From an uncultured Candidatus Saccharibacteria bacterium (GTDB taxonomy: Bacteria; Patescibacteriota; Minisyncoccia; Phycocordibacterales; UBA10002): a DNA stretch of 40,394 bases. The position numbers and the translations under genes were made by a program. The stretch spans positions 1-40,394 of the forward strand of contig CAYIUC010000004.1 in the NCBI GenBank assembly GCA_964366535.1, in the 5' to 3' direction. Numbering within the stretch: position 1 is the first letter of the stretch; the number at the start of each line of letters is the position of its first letter. Under the pieces are notes generated by a model that was not told the DNA's origin, ran no database searches, and worked only from the letters and a program-made list of their open reading frames with translations. Positions 34,119-40,394 of the stretch are shown piece by piece.

Positions 34119-35195
34119 TTATTTTTTCCATCTTACTTCTCCGTCAATTTCTCCTGCGGCATACAAATCCTCTAACCGCTTAATACGGTAGAATCCGCGG
34201 TTTTTGAATTGCTCTTCGGTAAGCCCCATTGCGCGAAATCGCGTGCACATTTCCTTAACACCATCATGAACCGAATAGCGACATGCAAAGTTCGGAAAAT
34301 ATTCGCGTATGCGCGCAAACGAAACGCGGTAGTTGCGCGCGTCTGCGCCGCTTGCAGACACCATTTTATTCGTTACCATCTCGCTCCCAGCGCCACGCGC
34401 GGATGAAACTGCAAAAGAAATCGGCGCGCCTGTTTCTACCGATACGATGCGCGCGATGTCTATAATTTTCATATTGTTATCATCGCGGCCAACATTTAGC
34501 ACAAGTAATTTGCCTCCAGAATATTCAGAACGAAGCGCGCATTCTATCGCATGCGCCATGTCCGATATATGCACATTAGGGCGCCACGCCTGCCCGTCGG
34601 AATTTAAGACAATCTTCTTGTCTGCAACCGCTTGTCCAACAAGCATGTTCACCACAATGTCGAAGCGCATACGCGGCGATGAGCCAAATGCGGTCGCAAA
34701 ACGAAGCGCAATCGGAGAAAAATCTTTATCTGCGAGCGCGTGCAAGTCCTCTTCTACCTTCAATTTATTTTTTGAATATTCTATATGTGGATGTACCGTA
34801 GAGTCCTCGTCAACCTCATCTCCAGAAGTACCATAAATTGAACAACTGGAGGCGAAAATAAAGCGCACCCCTTTCTTTTTACACAGAACCGCAATGTCGC
34901 GCGCATATATTCTTGTAGGTTCGTAAATCATCTCGGGCGGCAAGTTTCCAAAGGGGTCGTTAATGGAAATACCCGCAAGATGCACCACGGCATCAAAACC
35001 GTTGAGGTCTTTTTCGGTTATATCGCGCGCGTCTTTTCTTATAACTTGGTACGGCGGCACTGTGTACAACAGGGCATCAGTAAAAAATCCGGCATCAAGC
35101 CCGACAATGTCGTACCCGCGCCCAATTAGAAACGGCACAAGCACACTGCCTACATAACCCCCTGCACCAGTGATAATGACTCTCTTTGCGGTCAT
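34119..35195 (-). CDS. NAD-dependent epimerase/dehydratase (extended SDR)
   Basis: ITGAGGYVGS, HLAG, ASSCSIYG, Y...K, LRFATAFGSSPRMRFD, DG.AWRP.VH, D.RNYRV.F. Confidence 0.88.
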   Translation of the reverse strand: MTAKRVIITGAGGYVGSVLVPFLIGRGYDIVGLDAGFFTDALLYTVPPYQVIRKDARDITEKDLNGFDAVVHLAGISINDPFGNLPPEMIYEPTRIYARDIAVLCKKKGVRFIFASSCSIYGTSGDEVDEDSTVHPHIEYSKNKLKVEEDLHALADKDFSPIALRFATAFGSSPRMRFDIVVNMLVGQAVADKKIVLNSDGQAWRPNVHISDMAHAIECALRSEYSGGKLLVLNVGRDDNNMKIIDIARIVSVETGAPISFAVSSARGAGSEMVTNKMVSASGADARNYRVSFARIREYFPNFACRYSVHDGVKEMCTRFRAMGLTEEQFKNRGFYRIKRLEDLYAAGEIDGEVRWKK

Positions 35196-35215
35196 AATAT
35201 GGCGCAGAATATCAC

Positions 35216-35250
35216 AAAAAAACGGCTCGCACTAGAAGTGCGAGCCGTTT
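35216..35250 (-). terminator. Strong intrinsic terminator after the HD-domain gene
   Basis: 14-bp perfect stem AAACGGCTCGCACT/AGTGCGAGCCGTTT; the A-run gives a U-tract on the minus strand. Confidence 0.8.
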
Positions 35251-35263
35251 ATATTGATGGTGT

Positions 35264-36022
35264 TTATGCGCCACGAAACTCTTCTGGAGCAAATGACAGA
35301 GCAAGTTCACCTGGCGTACCAGACCAACTAAGCAAACATCCAATTTCCTTTTCCATCGGATAGAAAATTGAGGCGAGCTTCTCGTTGTGCGACACACCGA
35401 ACCTTTGACGATAGTATGCTTCGGCGCCCGCATACCTTCCACCAGGTTTGAAGTGCGGCTCCAACTCTTTGAGCCGTCGCTCAAAAGAAACCACAGAACT
35501 CTCGTGTGTGCAGTAGTCGCACAAGAAGACGATTTTTTCATCTAGAGCAAACCCGCGCGTTTCTGCAAGGTGCATGCCGCTGCCTCCCGCTGCGCCCGCC
35601 AATCGGACGACCATATCTGGAAATGATCGTTTCAGAAGAGTTATATTATTTGCTTCAAAACGACCAACTCTTTCTTCATCCGCCCCAGATTTAATGCGGT
35701 ACTCCGAGTCAAGTCGTTTGCTCCAATCATGTACTAATAATGCATGGACAACATACAGAGGCGACGAAGCATCATTGCGTAATTCCTTAATAAGGCGGCA
35801 CGAAATCTCGGCCCCAAGTACAGCCGAAACACTCATGTGTGCCACGACATTCAACCATGACTGAAGAGCGCCGCGCTCATCTTTGCTGAACCCAAAAAGT
35901 CCGCCCTCTTCCCACGCGGCAAAGATTGCCTCGGTATCTACTTGCAGAAGATGAAGATGGCTGAATGCCAGTTCAATTTTTTGACAATGTGCAATGTATT
36001 CATTAAAGTAATAAATGTTCAT
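35264..36022 (-). CDS. HD-domain metal-dependent phosphohydrolase (divergent)
   Basis: H (VVAHMSVS)...HD (ALLVHDWSK)...D ('EKIVFLCDY......VVSFERR') arrangement; AAAGG SD. Confidence 0.65.
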   Translation of the reverse strand: MNIYYFNEYIAHCQKIELAFSHLHLLQVDTEAIFAAWEEGGLFGFSKDERGALQSWLNVVAHMSVSAVLGAEISCRLIKELRNDASSPLYVVHALLVHDWSKRLDSEYRIKSGADEERVGRFEANNITLLKRSFPDMVVRLAGAAGGSGMHLAETRGFALDEKIVFLCDYCTHESSVVSFERRLKELEPHFKPGGRYAGAEAYYRQRFGVSHNEKLASIFYPMEKEIGCLLSWSGTPGELALSFAPEEFRGA

Positions 36023-36069
36023 CTTTTACCTTTATTTTTTATTTTCTTTCCAAAACAAGAATACACCTT

Positions 36070-36828
36070 ATGTCAGAAATGTCAATCCCGACTCAGGTAG
36101 TCATTCTAGCCGGCGGCAAAGGTGAACGGCTTATGCCTATAACAGCGCACATGAACAAAGGAATGGTACATGTTGCAGGCAAGCCGTTTTTGGAGCACCT
36201 TATTCTCCTTTTCAAGAAAAACGGCATACGGCGATTTTTGATTTTGACTGGCCACGCATCAGAAAGCATTACCGATTACTTTGGCAACGGAAAAAAGTGG
36301 GGGGTGGATATTGCCTACCGCCACGCGCCAAGCGCATGGAACCACGGCAAGCGGCTTGCGGACGCGCTCCCGCTTTGCGACGACTTTTTCCTCCTCCATC
36401 GCAACGACATTTACTGGCCGTTTAATTTAACCAGACATCTTGCGCGTTTTAACGAGGCGGGGCTTCCTGCAATGATGACCGTGTACCGCAACCGCGCAAA
36501 AGACGGCATCTATGGGCCCGACAACAATGTGCGTGTAAATGAAAGCGGCGTTATTGAACGATACGACAACTTATTGTCATCTGATTCTTTTTACCGTGGT
36601 CAAGACCTTGGTTTCTTTTTATTGACGAAAAAAGTGGCGGAGGAATATATGCCGACAAATACGCCAGATGATTATTGCCTCCACCATGGCTTCTTTAGTA
36701 CGCTTGCAAAAAAAGGGCTTCTTTCCGCATTTATTACTGACACACCCGCAACGACAACCACCGATGCAGTATGGCTCAAAAAAGCAGAGAAGTACCTACG
36801 AGAGAAGTTCGCGGACAATTCGCTCTAA
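36070..36828 (+). CDS. Sugar-phosphate nucleotidyltransferase (second, divergent copy)
   Basis: VILAGGKGERLMP...K.M..V.GKPFLEH, 'YFGNGKKWGVDI.Y', 'NDIY'. Confidence 0.8.
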   Translation: MSEMSIPTQVVILAGGKGERLMPITAHMNKGMVHVAGKPFLEHLILLFKKNGIRRFLILTGHASESITDYFGNGKKWGVDIAYRHAPSAWNHGKRLADALPLCDDFFLLHRNDIYWPFNLTRHLARFNEAGLPAMMTVYRNRAKDGIYGPDNNVRVNESGVIERYDNLLSSDSFYRGQDLGFFLLTKKVAEEYMPTNTPDDYCLHHGFFSTLAKKGLLSAFITDTPATTTTDAVWLKKAEKYLREKFADNSL

Positions 36829-38166
36829 GCACGCGCCGTCTGTATACCCCGCTTGTTCACGAGCAATGCGTTCCCGACCCGCCGAATGAAGCGACGGAGT
36901 AGATAGATATGCACGAATTGCCGCAATAAGCTCATCGGCGCTACGCGCGCGCCATATGCCGCCGGTACGCCCCAAGTCCGATAAATGATTCCACGAGAAA
37001 TACCGAGCCGCGCCATTCCAAAAGTCCGCACCCTCTGGACCAAAAGCCAGCGCAACGAGCGGCGTTCCAAAAATCGCCGCTTCTACAAAAAATGTGGAGC
37101 AAGCTGTAACAACTACAGACGCATGCGCCAGAGAATTGCGCAGTAGCGCGAGTGAGTGTTTGTCAAATTCCCATGCGTCTTTACCTTCTCCTACCCGAGC
37201 GACCGGCGGCTCAATAAGGAAGCCAAAATCGGTGCGAATACGCTCATATTCGGCAATGCTAAGTTTTCGCTTCGGGTACGGGCGCACGAGGATTTGTACA
37301 GCGTCTCGCGATAACGCACCCGCTTGAAACGCTCCCGCCAAAACAGCCAGTGCTTCAAAATCAGCATCAAAACTCGCCTTGCCTGAGAACGCAAATAGAA
37401 TTATATTCTTTCCGCTAGACGCTCCGAGCGAATCGCAAAATACTTCGCGGGATACTATGCCTTCGCGCTTGAAATGCCCATCATATTGCGGCGCGCCGAC
37501 TACAGTGATATCCGACAACGGATAATCGCCGAAACTGACGGCATCTCTTTTCATAATCTTAGTTTGCACGAACAAGCGGTTCGGCGGTACGCGGAGAAAT
37601 GTTTTGGAAGTAAGATTATCCCAACTTGCTGGCATGCCTACAGTATTGATACCGCGGCGGCGCGCCGCGGCGATAAGCGCATACTCGCCGCCATAAACGA
37701 GCGTCGGACAAAACACTATATCGGGTCGATGGCGCGCGAGAACCTCATAAAAATCTCGCGGAGCACACAGTGCGTACGCGCATCGAAATATATAGCGATA
37801 CGAACGAAAGTGCCCGAGCGACCAAAGTGTCATACGAAACAAAAAACCAAGCATGCGCACAAGAAAATGTGTTTTAGTGCCGCGCCGTCTGAAATAAAAC
37901 CAATGCATCAGATACACAGTACTCGTCGGAAGCGACGCGTGTTCGCAAAATGCCCATGCGCGTTCTAATCGAGACACTGCACCTCGCGGTAGAACATCCC
38001 ACGAAATATACGGCGATGTAAATTGCGAGCGGTAATACTGGAGCTTCTCGCGCGGCGAGAGTAGTACTAGCCGCACGCCGCGCGATGCAAGTAACTCTGC
38101 AAATCCGCCGCGCAAGAAGTTTCGCGCGATGGACCCGTTGCCTACAGGCATAAGAATTGTTTTCAT
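36796..38166 (-). CDS. GT-B fold transferase, TagF-like ('WD-motif' paralogue 4)
   Basis: 'ASWDNLTSK', 'VVGAPQYD', 'VRPYP', 'STFFVEAA', 'YTDGACLER'. Confidence 0.7.
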   Translation of the reverse strand: MKTILMPVGNGSIARNFLRGGFAELLASRGVRLVLLSPREKLQYYRSQFTSPYISWDVLPRGAVSRLERAWAFCEHASLPTSTVYLMHWFYFRRRGTKTHFLVRMLGFLFRMTLWSLGHFRSYRYIFRCAYALCAPRDFYEVLARHRPDIVFCPTLVYGGEYALIAAARRRGINTVGMPASWDNLTSKTFLRVPPNRLFVQTKIMKRDAVSFGDYPLSDITVVGAPQYDGHFKREGIVSREVFCDSLGASSGKNIILFAFSGKASFDADFEALAVLAGAFQAGALSRDAVQILVRPYPKRKLSIAEYERIRTDFGFLIEPPVARVGEGKDAWEFDKHSLALLRNSLAHASVVVTACSTFFVEAAIFGTPLVALAFGPEGADFWNGAARYFSWNHLSDLGRTGGIWRARSADELIAAIRAYLSTPSLHSAGRERIAREQAGYTDGACLERIVRELLS

Positions 38167-39560
38167 AGTTGTTTCATTTTTAGAGCAATAGTTTGTTCTA
38201 TTTCTTGCGCGGCGAGTTCACCCGCGCTTACATCGCCATTCGTCGGCGGTAAAATATAATCTCGTAGGAATACTTCGCGCGCCGCTTTGGTTTTGTCGTG
38301 TCCCGATAGTAGTGAGCCGACCTCGCTGGCAAATTCATCGCCAGTGCGAAAAACAGTCGCCGCTCCACTTCGCACCAAGTGCGCGAAATGTTCTGCATCT
38401 TGCAACGCTTTATACTCTTGACGAAGCATCACAAACCCCGGCTTTCCCTTAAGCATCGCGTCAATAATGCCGGTAGTGTGAATCGTAACCGCCGCCTCTG
38501 CGTAGGTAATTGTTGCAAGCAAGAGTTCTACTCCTTCCGGAGTACCAATCGGCACGGGCTTGTGCGGGCACACGACAACTCGCTCTCTTTTATAACTACT
38601 AAATGCAACAAAATTGTTCGGCGCCGGCCGTACTACAAGATAGGCGTTTGAGACATCGGGGTCTTGTGATGCATCCATACCGAGGCGCAATTCATCCACC
38701 ACTTTAGTGCTATCGCCCGTCACCGCCCCAGAGCCGAGATATAATATATATTTGCGCTCTGTAGGAACTCCGATTCGACTGCAAAACGCATCGCGAGATT
38801 CGCGCGGAGCGCGCAAGGCGCGCCAACCATCAAACTGGTAAGCTCCGACAATTCGGATGCGTTCGCGCGGCACTTTATGATGCCGCACTGCTTCGCGCAC
38901 CTGCTCTTCATTCCATACGAGAAGAAGATCAGGAAGGATTTGCAACAACCCCTTGCTTGAAAGGTTGTCCCACGATGGAGTAGGAACGATCGTCTGGATG
39001 CCCAGATACCGAGCCGCCTTGAGATAATCCAAATCAGGCGACGAACTTGGGCGATTGCGAAAGGCTACAAGCACAGCGGCGGGTCTGTACGCGCGCATTT
39101 GCTCGAGCATCTTTGGCACGGGAGGCGCGCACCATTCTACAAAACGCAAGAGCCAGTCTACGAGACGGCTTGCAAGCACTTTTTCTAAAAAAGGAAAAGT
39201 GCGTAGTATTTTTTGAATCGTGCGCGGCATAAATCTAAAGCACAATTCTTCATAAAACGGCGCGCGTGATTGCAGGCGTATAAAACGCCGATAGTTTAAC
39301 ATCTCACGCACAGGTCGTAGTATGCGCTTCCATACGCCGCCGCGGCGAACGCCATGCACCCAAATAAAACCTTGATTATCGTGCGCAAACGCATCTAGCA
39401 CTTGCACAGATGAGGCATCAAGCTCACGAGGACTTGGGTCAAACGCCGCTACTACAGCGAATCCACGTGCAAGAAGGGCTAAAATCATACTTCGGTAGGT
39501 TTTTAGATACCCCGCCGAGCGTATAAAAAATAAAATGGTGCGCGATTCTGAATTGTGCAT
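38163..39560 (-). CDS. GT-B fold transferase, TagF-like ('WD-motif' paralogue 5)
   Basis: 'PSWDNLSSKG', 'LVWNE', 'IVGAYQFD', 'VRPAP', 'TTGIIDA'. Start at ATG 39560. Confidence 0.7.
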   Translation of the reverse strand: MHNSESRTILFFIRSAGYLKTYRSMILALLARGFAVVAAFDPSPRELDASSVQVLDAFAHDNQGFIWVHGVRRGGVWKRILRPVREMLNYRRFIRLQSRAPFYEELCFRFMPRTIQKILRTFPFLEKVLASRLVDWLLRFVEWCAPPVPKMLEQMRAYRPAAVLVAFRNRPSSSPDLDYLKAARYLGIQTIVPTPSWDNLSSKGLLQILPDLLLVWNEEQVREAVRHHKVPRERIRIVGAYQFDGWRALRAPRESRDAFCSRIGVPTERKYILYLGSGAVTGDSTKVVDELRLGMDASQDPDVSNAYLVVRPAPNNFVAFSSYKRERVVVCPHKPVPIGTPEGVELLLATITYAEAAVTIHTTGIIDAMLKGKPGFVMLRQEYKALQDAEHFAHLVRSGAATVFRTGDEFASEVGSLLSGHDKTKAAREVFLRDYILPPTNGDVSAGELAAQEIEQTIALKMKQL

Positions 39561-39561
39561 A

Positions 39562-40394
39562 TCAGTTTTTTTCACAAACAAGAAATCCGGTGTTAAACTC
39601 CGCTTTCTGAAGTGTGGGTACGGAAAAAGCAGAAATACGCCAGCCCGCCTTCTCCACCGCTCGGTATGATGCACAAAAGTAATCGATATTTCTTAGATAC
39701 ATACGGTAAAGAAAATTCCACCCCTGCGCTTCTTCAAACGGCTCGCTAAAAATGCCAGCGCGGCGCGCAACGCGATAGGCTTCGGAAAACACATTCGGGT
39801 ATTCGCGCGGAACTTGCTCAATTGCTGAATTAGAAAAGACGACATCGAACGAAGAGTCGGGAAACGGCAGTTTAAGCATGCTTCCTTTTTCGACAGAAAA
39901 CGAGACCTGCGAAAGCCGGCTTGTAATCGACTCGCGAGGAAGCCCCGTTAATTCTTCCAGAATATGAATTGCGGGTGAGGCGAAGTTTCCTTGCGTGGCC
40001 GCGGCGCCTTCGGCGGTGAGCTCAACTCCATGCGCGAAGCGCAAACTAGGCACAAGCACGGCTAGTGCAAGAAGGTTTAAGCCGCGGCCGCATCCTAACT
40101 CCAAAACGCTTTCCGCGCTGAATTCATTTAAGGTCTTCGCAAATTGCGTGAGAAGCGCTTTTTTGTAATCAACTATACGAAGTAGCATCGGTTTACCGCA
40201 TAGATACACAGGCGCCATTTTCTGGAAGAAATAATCGTCCGTTTTTCCTGCGTACGCGGCTCCATACGCCTCGCGCACCGATTCCTCGGTGCGCGAGGCG
40301 CTTCGGCCCCGGGGGGGGGGGCCCGCCCCCCGCGGCGCGGGTGGGAATATAACGCAGGGCGGGGTTCGGCGGGGGGTAGAGGGCGGGTTGAAAA
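39562..40394 (-). CDS. Class I SAM-dependent methyltransferase, 5'-truncated (recognisable sequence 39562 to about 40300)
   Basis: VLELGCGRG, 'LPFPDSSFDVVFS..AIEQ', EP. The frame stays open from the GTG at 40278 to the window end, but beyond about 40300 the sequence is low-complexity. Confidence 0.75.
   Translation of the reverse strand, partial: FNPPSTPRRTPPCVIFPPAPRGAGPPPRGRSASRTEESVREAYGAAYAGKTDDYFFQKMAPVYLCGKPMLLRIVDYKKALLTQFAKTLNEFSAESVLELGCGRGLNLLALAVLVPSLRFAHGVELTAEGAAATQGNFASPAIHILEELTGLPRESITSRLSQVSFSVEKGSMLKLPFPDSSFDVVFSNSAIEQVPREYPNVFSEAYRVARRAGIFSEPFEEAQGWNFLYRMYLRNIDYFCASYRAVEKAGWRISAFSVPTLQKAEFNTGFLVCEKN

Noticed and set aside
11597-35195. Aminoglycoside/antibiotic biosynthetic cluster (carbamoyltransferase, radical SAM, heptose enzymes, C-methyltransferase)
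   Set aside because: No cyclitol (DOI) synthase, DegT aminotransferase, NRPS/PKS or resistance gene recognised; nine full-length glycosyltransferase-like genes, a flippase and NeuA/NeuB fit a surface glycan better.
17979-36828. Plus-strand blocks as invertible (shufflon/phase-variable) segments
   Set aside because: No inverted repeats seen at block borders, the 3' ends overlap neighbouring CDSs, and no recombinase is present.
250-39232. Numerous 60-210 aa alternative-frame and antisense ORFs in the track (e.g. 2538..3092, 28730..29356, 31799..32398, 752..934)
   Set aside because: They overlap well-supported genes and lack recognisable motifs; treated as shadow ORFs. 752..934 is the antisense of the two membrane peptides.
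40300-40394. G11 tract (40311-40321) as a phase-variable homopolymer in the methyltransferase
   Set aside because: It sits in an abruptly G/C-rich, low-complexity terminal stretch whose translation is Pro/Arg/Ala-rich nonsense; more likely a read-end or assembly artefact. Needs read inspection.
1-40394. Alternative genetic code (TGA read-through), rRNA/tRNA genes, prophage or transposase genes
   Set aside because: Long intact ORFs under the standard code with TGA used as a stop in ATGA overlaps; spacers are too short for rRNA and show no tRNA cloverleaf; no phage or transposase motifs seen.

Overview
This 40.4-kb window is almost entirely one gene-dense surface-glycan biosynthesis and decoration locus. 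It uses the standard bacterial code (TGA acts as a stop). Very short intergenic spacers, ATGA-coupled genes, few Shine-Dalgarno motifs and the type of palindromic repeats suggest a Patescibacteria/CPR (Parcubacteria-like) genome; this is an inference only. Modules: (i) an atypical ulosonic (sialic-like) acid module with a NeuB-SAF-cupin fusion, HAD phosphatase, CMP-ulosonate synthetase, Gfo/Idh/MocA oxidoreductase and DMT transporter, but no NeuC/Pse/Leg precursor genes in the window; (ii) a GDP-heptose-type module (HddA, HddC, Cj1427-like C4 dehydrogenase, cupin, Fcl-like reductase) beside branching/tailoring enzymes (NDP-sugar C-methyltransferase, ThDP enzyme, class I/II aminotransferase, radical SAM); (iii) five divergent GT-B paralogues sharing a [S/T/G]WD motif, plus GT2 x2, GT4, GT9 and an MsbA/PglK-type ABC transporter; (iv) seven SAM methyltransferases in total and a carbamoyltransferase. 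Structure visible directly in the DNA: a perfect 425-bp direct repeat giving two tandem GT2 genes identical N-termini and divergent C-termini; a two-gene insert bracketed by a perfect 24-bp direct repeat; a ~120-bp palindromic MITE-like element; a REP-like palindrome read in frame inside a gene; two unannotated tiny membrane peptides; and overlapping bidirectional -10 boxes with near-leaderless starts. No rRNA, tRNA, CRISPR array, integrase, transposase or reverse transcriptase was recognised. The last ~90 nt look like low-quality sequence. All functional calls come from motif recognition without database searches.
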